The position numbers and the translations under genes were made by a program. DNA of 62,418 nt, filler included, from Barthelona sp. PAP020 (lineage: Eukaryota): the NCBI GenBank assembly GCA_040182905.1. It is 6 parts of 6 records of this genome, joined end to end, with 100 filler letters (N's around TTAATTAATTAA, not from the genome) between each part and the next. Parts side by side here need not be neighbours in the genome. Positions count along the whole stretch, not along the records: positions 10,481 to 20,836 come from JARQWU010000404.1; positions 20,937 to 31,369 come from JARQWU010000405.1; 4 more parts are not named here. One strand, given 5' to 3'. Position 1 is the stretch's first letter; every line of letters begins with the position of its first letter. Under the pieces are notes generated by a model. That model did no database searches. It was not told the DNA's origin and saw only the letters and a program-made list of their open reading frames with translations. Shown piece by piece: positions 12,660 through 24,300 of the stretch.

Positions 12660-13670
12660 TTAATGTTTAATAGAAACCAATTCTATATCAAACCATAAAG
12701 TACTGTTAGGTGGAATAGGACCAGAACGTTGGCTTCCATATCCCAATTTTGGTTTAATTTCCAATCTTCGAACACCACCAACTTTCATTCCTTGTAGACC
12801 CATGTCCCATCCTTTGATGACTTCACCTGCGCCAAAACGAAATTTGAAAGGTTTTCCACTAGATTCATCAAAAATTTGACCAGTCTTTTTCAATTTTCCA
12901 CAATATTCAACAACAGCTCTATCACCTTTTTTTAAAGTTTCACCATTTCCAACTTCAAGATCCATCATTTTAAGGTAAGATCCATTTCTGATCCATTTTC
13001 TTTCTTTTTTCGATTTTTCATCATTGTTTTTCTTTTTGTGAACTTTTAATTTCTTTTCATGCTGTCTTTTTTCATCTTCTTCTTGAATTACTCGTTCTTT
13101 TTCCAGCTCTTCTTCTTCTCTCAATAATTCATCTTCATGAACATCTTCATGGTCACCATCATCAAAAATAGACTCTTCTTCTTCGTTTTCTTCTTCTTCT
13201 TCAGAAATTGCTTCAGCATTGTTAACTTCCGACATCAAACTTTGATAAAACTCCACAAAATCAATATGTGCATCCAAATCTTGCATTTCATCAATTGAAA
13301 CAAAATTTGGCTCAAAAACATCGGCTTCATTTAAAAATTCAACAATTTCTTCAGGAGTATCATCTTCAACAGGTTCACCATAACCAGTAATAGATACACT
13401 AAGATGTGTTTCTTCAAAATCTTCTTCCTCATGTGTTACTGCAAATGCCATTATTTCTCCAGGAATGAAAGAAAGATTGAATTGTGCAGTGGGAATACTG
13501 GAGTTTAACAAACAAACTGGATATAATGCACCATCAGAAACGGCAGAAACAATAATATCTCCTTCAAATTGAGTTGAAGTAAGACAAGCATTTGTAATTT
13601 TAGTATAAGTTGCTGGACTAACAACTTGATAAAAACCAGAATTAACTGGGATAATAGCTCCGACAATCAT
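12660..13670 (-). CDS. Nucleoplasmin-like domain + acidic tract + FKBP PPIase (Fpr3/Fpr4/FKBP39-type histone chaperone)
   Basis: C-terminal FKBP domain (FKFRFGAGEVIKGWDMGLQGMKVGGVRRL...GYG...IPPNSTLWFDIEL), N-terminal ITNACL...VCLL...SITGY nucleoplasmin-like motifs, and an acidic then basic linker. Start placed at ATG 13670. Confidence 0.85.
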   Translation of the reverse strand: MIVGAIIPVNSGFYQVVSPATYTKITNACLTSTQFEGDIIVSAVSDGALYPVCLLNSSIPTAQFNLSFIPGEIMAFAVTHEEEDFEETHLSVSITGYGEPVEDDTPEEIVEFLNEADVFEPNFVSIDEMQDLDAHIDFVEFYQSLMSEVNNAEAISEEEEENEEEESIFDDGDHEDVHEDELLREEEELEKERVIQEEDEKRQHEKKLKVHKKKNNDEKSKKERKWIRNGSYLKMMDLEVGNGETLKKGDRAVVEYCGKLKKTGQIFDESSGKPFKFRFGAGEVIKGWDMGLQGMKVGGVRRLEIKPKLGYGSQRSGPIPPNSTLWFDIELVSIKH

Positions 13671-13958
13671 TAAAACTTCAAAAAAAAAAAATACAACTGT
13701 TGATTGGATCAATTTTATTGGAAAGCAACAAGCAAACATCAGGGTTCAATCTATGTGCGTAGAAATTGCATGCAAAAGTACAACTTTCTTTTTTTTGAAA
13801 GCCAATCAATTTTCCTTTCTTTGTTTTCTTTTCATAAACAAAAGTGATTTATTCTTACATTGCAAAATTTTGATTAATGAAAGGGTTTCTTTGTTTGCTA
13901 TTGCATTGAGTGAAAGCACTAACTTTTTCCTTTTTTGGTTCAATTTTTATTTTTGGAA

Positions 13959-14576
13959 ATGAAGACAGCATTACTTGTTATTGATGTTCAAAATGATTTT
14001 ATTGATGGAACATTACCCGTTCACGATGGTGTGAATGGTGTTCAGGATATCAATAATTATATTGAAGAAAATGAAAGTACTTTTGATTTGATTGTATTTA
14101 CCAAGGATTGGCATCCTAAAAATCATACTTCCTTTTCATCAAATCATGAAAATTCAAATCCTTTTGATATAATTGATTTGCCTTATGGAAAACAAGTTTT
14201 ATGGCCAGATCATTGCATTCAAAATGAAAAAGGCTCTGAATTTCATCCAGATTTGTACAATAATGAAAATGTCATTGTTGTAACGAAAGGTTCAAATCCC
14301 AACTTTGATTCATATTCAGGATTTAAAGATGCTGGTGGGGAATTGACCGAGTTACATCAAATTTTACAAAACAATAATATTGAAAAAGTGATTTGTGTTG
14401 GATATGCCACTGATTATTGTGTGAAAGCTACTGCAATGGATGCGATCACTTTTGATTATTTGACAGTGGTTGTAAAAGATTGTTGTCGTCCCGTCACATT
14501 AGAAGGTGAACAACCTGCTTTAGATGAAATGGCTGAGAATGGTATTGTAATTATTAGCTCAAAGAAAGATGAGTAA
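13959..14576 (+). CDS. PNC1: Nicotinamidase/pyrazinamidase (PncA/Pnc1)
   Basis: ALLVIDVQNDF, TKDWHP, WPDHC, TKG, DSYSGF, GYATDYCV (D-K-C triad plus metal ligands). ATG at 13959. Confidence 0.92.
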   Translation: MKTALLVIDVQNDFIDGTLPVHDGVNGVQDINNYIEENESTFDLIVFTKDWHPKNHTSFSSNHENSNPFDIIDLPYGKQVLWPDHCIQNEKGSEFHPDLYNNENVIVVTKGSNPNFDSYSGFKDAGGELTELHQILQNNNIEKVICVGYATDYCVKATAMDAITFDYLTVVVKDCCRPVTLEGEQPALDEMAENGIVIISSKKDE

Positions 14577-14874
14577 ATTTGTAAAAATGGGAGATTCATA
14601 AATCTATGTTTTTTTTTTTTTGCTATTACATTCAAAATAAAACCATTCATTTGTACAAATCCTTAAATTTATATCTTTTTATTGATTCTATCGAAAACCC
14701 TAGCAACAAAAAGCAAAGGGAAATTTCTTCAACAAAATAATCACTCGCTGGATGCACATTATCTTTAACACACAAAATATATGCATATTAACAAATGAAG
14801 GTGTTATAAAAATTATTTTATGATAAAAACAAACTTTACAATTTTTCTGTTTTACTAATTAGGGTTTTAATCAA

Positions 14875-15660
14875 ATGCATTTATCGTTTAAAGGAACTGT
14901 GAATAATGTATCATATGGATTACACAAGCGTTTTTTAGTTGCTACAGATGAAGGCGCATTTTTTTGTCAAAATGACAATGGTTCCGTTATAATTGCAAAA
15001 CAATTTGGTGATGCAAATGGTTTTGAATTAACAGAACCTGTTTCATATGTTTGTTATTCATTTGATTTTGAATATATTCTTTGTTGTACCGTGGCGGGAA
15101 AAATTTATATTTATAATAAAAAAGGAGAATTTATTGAAACTTTTAATTCACTTATTTATGGTACTGCAGCCTTTTTTGATGAACTTTACAATATTTATAT
15201 TGGGGACCGTTTTGGCAGATTACATTGGTTACAATTTGAAAATGGAAACAATGAGAATAAGATTAGAATGATAGATGAACCTTTTGAAGTTTCAAATTTC
15301 AAATTAGAAAAAATTGAGGTATTTAGAAAGGAAAATCAAGTTGAAATTTATATATTAGATTCAAATAATGATCTTTTTATTAAAAAAAGAAACAAAAACG
15401 AATTTGAACAGCAAATTTTAAACAATGAAAAAATTAAAGACATCTGCGCTTTGAAAACAAAAAACAGAAATGATTTGTTTTTTTTACAGAAAAATTGTGT
15501 GTTTAAACTTTGCTTAGATCAAGGTTTTGAGGATAATTTGTGTATATATGATAATTCTGTGATTGATAATTCAAGTGTTCTTTCCATTGACTGTGGAATT
15601 TTCAATATTTTTGCGCTGAAACTAAATGATGACAATAGTTTGTCAGCCATTCCTTTATAA
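14875..15660 (+). CDS. Hypothetical beta-propeller (WD40-like) protein
   Basis: 261-aa ORF with beta-strand repeats (CYSFDFEYILCCTVAGKIYIY; IYIGDRFGRLHWL). The N-terminus may extend through an intron ending at AG 14862. Confidence 0.55.
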   Translation: MHLSFKGTVNNVSYGLHKRFLVATDEGAFFCQNDNGSVIIAKQFGDANGFELTEPVSYVCYSFDFEYILCCTVAGKIYIYNKKGEFIETFNSLIYGTAAFFDELYNIYIGDRFGRLHWLQFENGNNENKIRMIDEPFEVSNFKLEKIEVFRKENQVEIYILDSNNDLFIKKRNKNEFEQQILNNEKIKDICALKTKNRNDLFFLQKNCVFKLCLDQGFEDNLCIYDNSVIDNSSVLSIDCGIFNIFALKLNDDNSLSAIPL

Positions 15661-15778
15661 TAATAATAAAAAATTTTTTTTTTTCTTCTTCGATTGCTGT
15701 GGTGGGAAATTGTATTCGGAATCACTTACCAAAGAAACCCTTCACAATCATTTTAAAAAAAACCAAAAAAAAATTTGT

Positions 15779-16889
15779 TTATGGTTCCAATAAAGATAAA
15801 AAGAAATCTTCATTATTATTGTTTGATTTTGTGTCTGTGTATCGATTGGTTTGTGGTGAATTGTCAACTGATGGTTGTGTAATGTCGAAGCTATCCATTG
15901 CATTCATATTAAAATTATTTTCCCCTTGGTCAATTTCAACCCATCTATCATCCAAAAAGGACCAAAAAGAAATTTGTTTAATTCCACAACATACGGCTAA
16001 AACTAAACCAGAAGCGTTCCACACAACTTCATGAGGCACTTCCAAAAATTGATTCAACTCTTTAAACTTGTAAGCTATCATTTGTGCACTTGCATCATCT
16101 TCACGAGCCGCCACAGTAGAAAATTGACCACAAGAGACATCAGAACTCCAAATAATAACTTTTTTATCAACAGATGCAGAAGCGAACACATTTACATTTG
16201 GCAAACCTAACGTTGGCATGAATGAAAGGGAAGTAATAGTATCAACATGACCCTTTAAAGTCTCTTCTGGTTGAATCCACATGTCAACAAATGGTGGAAC
16301 AGTAGTCCAAGTCTTAATTAAACCATCCTTTCCACCTGAAACCAACCTATATCCATGTGGATGAAAACTTATCGATGTACAACCACCGTCATGAGCTTGA
16401 AACCTGAAATCAGTCAAAGGAGCATCTTCTGCTTGATGAAATAAAGCTATCGAACCGTCTATTGACCCCACTGCAAACAAATAATCAATGGGCAAATCAG
16501 TAACCATTTGTTCACAAGTAGCAACACACAAAACAGCAGCAGGTAAATGACTTCGATAAAGAACTGATGAATTATTTGTACTTTCTTCTAACAAAATTTC
16601 TGACACAACAACATCACCATCTTGTCCTCCGCTTATTAACTGTTGTGACATCGTCTTTGGATTGATTCTACCCCAAGCAAAATCCATAACTGGACCTTTA
16701 TGCACATTCATTTTTATTAATTCTTTCCAATCAGTACCACATATGCGATAAATTCGGATAGAACCATCGGCTGAACATGTTGCAGCCATATTTCCCAAAG
16801 AATTACATTTCAATTTGTTCTAATGTCATTAGTCTCAATAATTAATCAAAAAAATAAACAATTACATCAGTGTGATTCGTTTTAAACAT
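15779..16889 (-). CDS. SEC13: Sec13-like WD40 protein (COPII/nucleoporin), divergent; 2 exons (16889-16860, 16819-15779)
   Basis: The spliced N-terminus MFKTNHTDVINKLKCNSLGNMAATCSADGSIRIY aligns without gaps to Sec13 [23 protein letters not shown]. Also HKGPVMDFAW, LVSGGKDGLIKTW, PTLGLP, WNASGLVLAV. Seh1 is not excluded. Confidence 0.7.
16820..16859 (-). other. 40-nt intron in the Sec13-like gene
   Basis: GTTTAT...GACTAAT-GACATTAG. An alternative in-frame donor GTAATT at 16865 would give 46 nt. The protein alignment favours GTTTAT. Confidence 0.8.
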
Positions 16890-17060
16890 ATCGACAAAAC
16901 AACAATAAAAAAAAAGAACAATTTTTTTTGGGTGTTTATCTTCATAGTAAACAATTATCTTGATAAATAAACTAATAATCAGTTTATACATAGATAACTT
17001 TTATTATTTCATGAAGAAAAGAAACAATTTTACTTGATAAATAGATCTTTTCCAAATTCA

Positions 17061-18716
17061 ATGAGTGTTTTGAAAGAAAAAACATTAAATATTAAAGTTC
17101 CTCCAGATTTTGATCATGAAGATCGAATTAATTTAGAAAATCGAATCATCCTAAAAGCTACAGAAGTTCGACAAGAAATTGAAGAAAAATGGGAAAAGAA
17201 AATTGCTCAAATGGTATCAAATGGTATTTTTAATGATGAAACAAACAAACACAGAATAGAAACTGCGAAGAAATTAGAATTACGTCAAGCTTTAAATTTA
17301 GATGCTTTAACCAGAAAATGTATTCAAGAACTTCGTGAAGAAAAAGATCTTAATGTCATTATCCCAAACAAAGAAGTGAAGAAAACAGAAAATATGAGGG
17401 CTGTTTTGCCACCTACATTTCATTCAGATATTGTGGAAAAACGAAATAAGGAGTTCGAAAAAGACTACAATGATGCAAATTTACGTAATCAAGAGCTGGT
17501 TGATAAGCACAAAGAAGAAAAATTAAACGAGCCAGTAGAAGTTTCACCAATTGTGTCTGAAACTGTCAAAAAAGCAATGGAACTAAAAAAAGAAATTGAA
17601 GATCGACCAATGAATGAGCACATATATACACTTATTCAGGGACCAGAACAAACTGTGTTAAGGATGATTGAACCTTTACCAGGACCTCCAGAACCTTTGC
17701 CTTTTTTATCTGATGAACCTGAATTGCCTGATGATTTAGTTTTACCACCAAAATTAGAAAAGGATGGGTCCTTCAAAGATTCTGATGTACGTAAACTCTT
17801 GGAAGCTTTACAGATTGATAAATTTGAGGTTGAAGAGATGGAATCTACTGGTGGTCAAGCGAATAATTATTCCTCATCTCAAATCGATCATGAAATGAAA
17901 TCTTTAGAATTACAAGCTATTGAGGATATTTTAAAGGATTTGGAACCTATAGAGCCTCCTTTTGATGTACAAATGTTGATTAGTCAAATAGCTGAATTAG
18001 GTGATGGGGATTCAACAACTTTTTTCCCTGGCGAATTGACTTTGGATCCAAATGTTGAGGAATTAATTCCTACCAGCTTAGATTTAGATTTAGACTTGGA
18101 ATTAGCTTCTTCTGACGATGAATTAGAGACTGACCATCGTAAAATTTCAACAAGACCAATCGTTAAGAAAGTCGAGCAAATTCCCACCAACATTTTACAA
18201 AGATTAGAAGCAATTTGGGAACGTTTAAACATGCCAATTTTACAAAGAATCGATATGTGTGCTAAATATACGTTACCACAGCATTTTATGAATTTAGCGT
18301 CTGTTCTCAATAGTTGGGAGCACGCATTACTTTTAATTGAACGAAGAGAACGATTGCTGTATGAACTAATTGAAATATTCAAAAAGACAATTGGTATTGA
18401 GCAGGTGATGCTCAGTGAAACAGATATTATAAAAGCTACATCAATTCTGGAGACATTGCAAAAATGCACCAAGGATTGTTTTGATCATTTGCTGAAAGTG
18501 TTCGATAAATACAATGATATTGTGACTTTTAATGGAATTGCCTATATACAAAAGCTTAGAATAGATTTAGTTGAAGCTTTGGCACCTTACTATGATATTA
18601 TTGAGAACTTTAACATGCCTGGAGAGGTCAATCCTATATCATATCAAATGATGGATGAAAATCAAAAACTATTAAAAGAAATCGATAAATTACAGCATCA
18701 TATGAACAACATTTGA
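17061..18716 (+). CDS. CCDC87-like protein
   Basis: C-terminal QRLEAIWERLNMP..QRIDMCAKY...W..AL..IERRE..L...VTFNG..Y..KLRID resembles the CCDC87 family C-terminal domain. First in-frame ATG is 17061. Confidence 0.6.
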   Translation: MSVLKEKTLNIKVPPDFDHEDRINLENRIILKATEVRQEIEEKWEKKIAQMVSNGIFNDETNKHRIETAKKLELRQALNLDALTRKCIQELREEKDLNVIIPNKEVKKTENMRAVLPPTFHSDIVEKRNKEFEKDYNDANLRNQELVDKHKEEKLNEPVEVSPIVSETVKKAMELKKEIEDRPMNEHIYTLIQGPEQTVLRMIEPLPGPPEPLPFLSDEPELPDDLVLPPKLEKDGSFKDSDVRKLLEALQIDKFEVEEMESTGGQANNYSSSQIDHEMKSLELQAIEDILKDLEPIEPPFDVQMLISQIAELGDGDSTTFFPGELTLDPNVEELIPTSLDLDLDLELASSDDELETDHRKISTRPIVKKVEQIPTNILQRLEAIWERLNMPILQRIDMCAKYTLPQHFMNLASVLNSWEHALLLIERRERLLYELIEIFKKTIGIEQVMLSETDIIKATSILETLQKCTKDCFDHLLKVFDKYNDIVTFNGIAYIQKLRIDLVEALAPYYDIIENFNMPGEVNPISYQMMDENQKLLKEIDKLQHHMNNI

Positions 18717-19095
18717 TATTTCAAAGATTTGAAAACCACCATCTGATTGCATCAAAATTCAAAAACATCCGCAATTAAACATTCTTTTAACACTGTAATA
18801 AACATTTATTTTTCTTCTTTTAATTTGCGCTGAAGAATAAACACATATTCTTCAGATTTGTGATTTTTGGCTCTTCTTTTTCCAGCAATGAATAGAATGG
18901 GTATAAATTAGACAAAAGAAATATTGGAATTAATTAACTAAGAAGACTACATCTATAAAGAAACAAATAGAATCACTTCTTTTTGAAAAGACACTATATT
19001 TCTTCTTCTTCTTTTTTATGATAAGTGCTTCAAATGCTTATTTTATCTATTTTTGTTTTTGAAAAATTATTTGATAAAATTCTTTTATTCAAAAT

Positions 19096-20610
19096 ATGAA
19101 TATTCAGGGGTTTCGAGTGGGAACAATGGATATTGGTTCTTTTCCTGCACCGAAATTTGTACCAACAGGACGACGAATGTTGGAAATTGATGATGAGATG
19201 AGTTGGCTGAATTCAAAAACAACAGATTTATTATTAGATTCAAATTCAATACATTCTGATACAGAAAATCCAACAAAAAGCACAAATATATCAACAGATT
19301 CTGATTCAACAACAGATTATGATTCTGACTATGAAGAGATGTCAGGTTTTTTAAAAACGAATGAAACACCAAACACAACAATGTTAATGACTGATACTCC
19401 TAAAAATATGAATTTAAAGAACACTGAGAGAATTCAAAATAGTCTAATGAATAATGGTTTGGATTCACCAATTAATTGGAAAGTTTCTCCTATTCATTCA
19501 GTACAACAATATTTAAACCCTTCAAGTGTTAAATATAATTCTCCTTTTGGTCATAATGTCTCATTTATGAACAGTCCTGAACATGATTTTCCTGAAAAAC
19601 GTCCACCAGATTTTGACTCCTACATCAATACTCCCAGTTTTGGTGATGATTTATATGATAATGATGATGATGAAACTATTATTGAGTCGAAACCTAATAA
19701 GAAAAAAATAGTTAAAAAAAACACCAGAATGCAAAATCAAAAAGCAAAAAACCAAGACTCACGCTTTAATAACAAAACGAAAAATGCTGTTAAAAAAGAA
19801 GAATACGATGATTTAAATGATGATGATGACGATATTCAAATGGAATCTTTTATTGATAATGAAGATGAAGAGGCAGATGAATTTGATGAGCATTTGTTTG
19901 TTGGAAATGACGATTCTGAAGTAATAATGGATTTTAAAACTGAAAATAAGTTTAAAACTCAAGGAAAAAGACAACATTTACAAAGAAATAACCAACATGA
20001 AACAATTGTGTATCATAGAGGTTGTTACTATCGTTTAAAGAAAGGTAAATATTATTTCTTACGTCAAGGAGGTCAAATGACACCAGAAAATCGTGATGTT
20101 GTTGGATGCACATTTGAAGAATTACCTGTCACTGTAAAAAGAAATAAACCAAAACAAGAACGTTCTAAACAGACTGCAAAAGTGTTTTCACAGGAAAAGA
20201 ATGAGTATTATGATAAAGAAATTGTTTTTTCAAAGAGTGAAGAAGTTTTTACCAATTTCAGTTCAAATTCAAACAATATAAAGAAATGCATTAAAGACAG
20301 TTATTTATGGGAAGTTTCTAAGGAGCAGAAAATATCTGTCAAGGATGATTGGATGATTGTTGAAGTTGTCAAAGCTACTAAAACTGATGTGATGGCATCA
20401 AAACAAAATAGTATCAGATATTTTGTATTGTATGGTAAAGGAAAACTGTATATCAAAGGGGCGGACAAAAGCTCCGAAGATCAAGAACTTTTGATTGATA
20501 GAAACGATGTTTTCCATATTCCGCCTTTTAACGAATATTATATTGTTGCATCTGATCAAAGTAAACTAAAATTGTTGTGTTCCCAAGTGGGGATTGTTCA
20601 AAGCACGTAA
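19096..20610 (+). CDS. CENP-C/Mif2-like protein (disordered N-terminus, C-terminal cupin)
   Basis: RYFVLYGKGKLYI...LLIDRNDVFHIPPFNEYYIVASDQSKLKLLCSQV matches the CENP-C cupin pattern FYVxxG...GDSFYVPxGNxYxIxN...LLFTQ. The N-terminus is SP/TP-rich and acidic. Confidence 0.65.
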   Translation: MNIQGFRVGTMDIGSFPAPKFVPTGRRMLEIDDEMSWLNSKTTDLLLDSNSIHSDTENPTKSTNISTDSDSTTDYDSDYEEMSGFLKTNETPNTTMLMTDTPKNMNLKNTERIQNSLMNNGLDSPINWKVSPIHSVQQYLNPSSVKYNSPFGHNVSFMNSPEHDFPEKRPPDFDSYINTPSFGDDLYDNDDDETIIESKPNKKKIVKKNTRMQNQKAKNQDSRFNNKTKNAVKKEEYDDLNDDDDDIQMESFIDNEDEEADEFDEHLFVGNDDSEVIMDFKTENKFKTQGKRQHLQRNNQHETIVYHRGCYYRLKKGKYYFLRQGGQMTPENRDVVGCTFEELPVTVKRNKPKQERSKQTAKVFSQEKNEYYDKEIVFSKSEEVFTNFSSNSNNIKKCIKDSYLWEVSKEQKISVKDDWMIVEVVKATKTDVMASKQNSIRYFVLYGKGKLYIKGADKSSEDQELLIDRNDVFHIPPFNEYYIVASDQSKLKLLCSQVGIVQST

Positions 20611-20836
20611 GTTTTTAATTTTTAACACACTTTAATGTTTCTTTTTTTCTTTTAGAAATCATATGTATCTCCTTCACTGTACACTTCACACACACCATCT
20701 TAGGATTATTTTTGATGTGAAGGAAAAAACTTTTTCAGTTTATGATAAAATTTTTGATTCAACGTTTTGTGGCAGTTTTTTTTTTTTTTTTTCCTTCAGG
20801 GGACATTTTTTACAAAGTTAGTTCAATTGTAAAATT

Positions 20837-20936
20837 NNNNNNNNNNNNNNNNNNNNNNNNNNNNNNNNNNNNNNNNNNNNTTAATTAATTAANNNNNNNN
20901 NNNNNNNNNNNNNNNNNNNNNNNNNNNNNNNNNNNN
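20837..20936. other. Artificial contig spacer
   Basis: N44-TTAATTAATTAA-N44. Confidence 0.98.
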
Positions 20937-21321
20937 TTTTATTTTTTTTTGATAAATTTGCTGTCTAAAAAAAATAAAAATAATAATAAAAATAAAAATA
21001 ATAATAATAATTACAAAAAATAATTCCTTTTTTTTTTTTTTTTGGAAACCCTTTGTCTTAAATATCATAAGAAACAGAATTTGCAACCAAAAATCTTACA
21101 AATCAATCAATAACACTTCAAATGTTAGGAAAATGCTTTTTTTTTCAGTTTGGTTTTGGCATAATTTTTCAAAATATCTTTTAAAAAAAACAATGAAAGT
21201 AAATTTTACAAAATAATAAATCACAAAAAGAAAAGAATGAGTAGGAGGAGACTCATTTTTAACTTTGATAATTTTTTCTTGTTCACAATTTGTCTTTTAA
21301 TTTTACATAATAATATTGTCG

Positions 21322-24300
21322 ATGAATGAAACTGTGAACTATGTTATCATACGACAATTTTTGCGGTCATATCCAAAACATCCCTTTTCCAAATATATTA
21401 ATGATTTGTCATTGAATGAAGAAAAATTTGATACTTTAATTTTTGAAAATGAAGATATTCCATTATTAGGTTTTTTGGCGCTTAATGAAGTATTAAAACA
21501 CAATGATTATTTGAAGAACTTAATATTAGTCAATGTTGGATTGAATGGAAGCATGTTAAATAGAATTAAGGATGGGTTGATGATAAGTTTAAGCAAAAAT
21601 TTGAAAGAAGTATGGTTAAAATCAAATAATCTCGATGATACTTGTATTGATTTGATCAAAGAAATATTTTTTAATAATAGTAATATCAGATATATAAATA
21701 TATCAAACAATTCATTTACAAATCAAAGTTACATAAAGTTGTTAAAAAACTTATACAAAAATCGAAATTTGCAAGTGATTGATTTCAGTAGAAACTCGAT
21801 AGATACTGGTATATATGAATTCACTATGGATATTATAGGAAAATTGGACATGGATTATGCTTTAGAATGGATTAATTTAGAGAACAATTTTATTGACAAT
21901 CAACATTTAAACAGCATTGAAAGATTATTTTTAAAACGATTAACAAGACTGAATTTATCAAAAGAAACACCTTTATTGCTTTCTTTCCTGAAATATTTTG
22001 AAATGAAGAAACATACTTTTTTAGAACCTCAAAATGAATTTGTCTTAACGCTTAATTCTTTAACTGTTGATGAAATTTATCTTTCTTTGCAATATATCAA
22101 AAAAAATAAAATTTTAAAAGTTTCATTCAACAATCAAGATTTTAATTATCGATTGTTTTATTCTTTATTAAAATGTTTTGAAGCCAATAAAGGTAAATCG
22201 ATTGATTTGTGCATGTTAAATTGTAATTTGGACGATTTTTGTTTGTCAACAATCATATGTTTAGTTCAAAATGGTTTTATTCATTTTAATTCATTACAAT
22301 TAAAAAATAACAATTTTTCCAAATGTTTGTTGGAAAAATTACCCTCCACAATACTGAATGATATTGAGGATTTTGATTTGATACAATATTCGTATAAATC
22401 AATGATTAAAACCTTTAAAACAGTCAGTAAAGAATTATGTTTAACATTTAAAAGTGATTCTCAATTTGATAGCACATTTACTCCATCAATTGATCATTTG
22501 AAAGTAGTTCAAGGATATTTATCTGTGAATGAAGGTAATAGATTATGTAAAATGATGAAAGATATTTTAGAATTGGAACACTCTGCTAAAATTTCCAGTT
22601 TGATTGTTGTTGATCCTAAAGAAGAAGATTTATCGGTGATTTCTTCATTTTTGAAAGTAACTACATATTGTACTGGATTATGTTTGGTTAATTGTAATTG
22701 TGCTTTAGATAATTTGGATATATCTGATGAAATTTCTCAATTGGCATTAATTAATTACAATTTCAACAAAATTGGGAATTTTTTGATATTTTTACAAAGT
22801 TTAGAAACAAAAAAGATTAATTTTTTCTGGATTTCTTTTTCCGCCAGACTTCTGTTAAAAAGTTCTCATTTATTGAGGATTTATCAACATTTGCACCAAT
22901 ATTTACTTCCAAACTTGAAGGAATTGTGGGTTTTTCATGCGAACATGGATAATCAAAGAAATAATCATCAAATTGAAACTGTTTTGAAAAATTTTCAATC
23001 TATTGTTTGTTTTACTCCAGAAAAATCGTTTTCTAATACCCATAATTTGAAAGAATATTATTGGTCAATATTGACAGACATTTATCTTGTGCTTTTTGAA
23101 AATGATCATGTAACTCTGTTTATAAAGAGCTTGATAAATCTTAGCTACTTAAAAAATTCAAAAAAATCCAAATGTTTAAGATTATTTTCACCAAATTGTG
23201 TTTCAATTAGAGTTTTGAGCAATTATTTGGAGTATCAACTGAAAAAAGACCATGAACTGGAAGAAGAACAAGAAGTTGAAGAAAGAAAAGAAAACAAAAA
23301 CTCATTTTTAGCTTGTTTTTCAATCGAAGGGCTAAATTCTAAAGATCATTTATTTTTCAATCTTTCAATGTTACAAAGTTCTATCAATATGTTAGTGTCA
23401 ACAAATAATACACAAATCAATACGTTATTTATCAGTAACATTGATCTTTCCATTTATTTTCCTTTTGGCATTTTAAATTCTAATTTGGAAGCCTTAATCT
23501 TACACAATTGTCAATTGTTTGACGAAAATTTAAAGAATTTTGACATGCCAAATATTGAATTTTTATCGCTGAATGAGAATAATCTAACAATTGAAACTGT
23601 TTTATTGTTGTTGAATGGACCATTTGGTCAAAGTTATTGTAAAAATTCAAGAATGTTATCAATGAGAAATAATGCTATTTGTGGTACAATTGAAGACTTA
23701 CCCTTGCAAACGAACGTGATATTTGATTTAAATGGAAATTTTTCCAAAAATTCTTTAATTCAAGAAAATTTTGTTTCTGGAAATTTTTCCAACATTTTAA
23801 AAAAAATTGAATTTTTGAATTTCAACATTTTAAATCCAAATATTGAATTGAATAGTGAGTTGACTATATTTGATATCTTAAGACTAATTTCTTCTAAACC
23901 GAAAAATTTGAAAATTTCCACTGTTATGAATCGTTCCACATGTTCTCTTTTGTTGGGATGTGTGAATGAGTTAGAATTGGAAAATTTAGACTTCAATTGT
24001 TCTATTGATGATGATAATTTGGATGGTGTTCTCAATTTTTTGAAATTGCTTTGTAAAGTTTCCACAATTTCAATTTCATCTTCAAATATTTCCTGGCAAA
24101 ATCTATTTCAAGTGACACAAACTATAATTACCAGAAGAGATATCCGCAAAATCATTTTCAATGGTACAAACGTGTCAAATTTTGATTGGTTTAGCAATCT
24201 AATTTTCAATGACAAGAAAAACTCACAAAGAATTATGTTTGTTTTTAAAAATGAGCCTAATTTGACAAATAGTCATTCTAATGTTCTTTTGAAATTAATT

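Noticed and set aside
18760..19060. Possible small histone-fold (CENP-W-like) gene divergent from the CENP-C-like gene
   Set aside because: No ATG-initiated or consistently spliced frame could be built. The resemblance is limited to a few residues.
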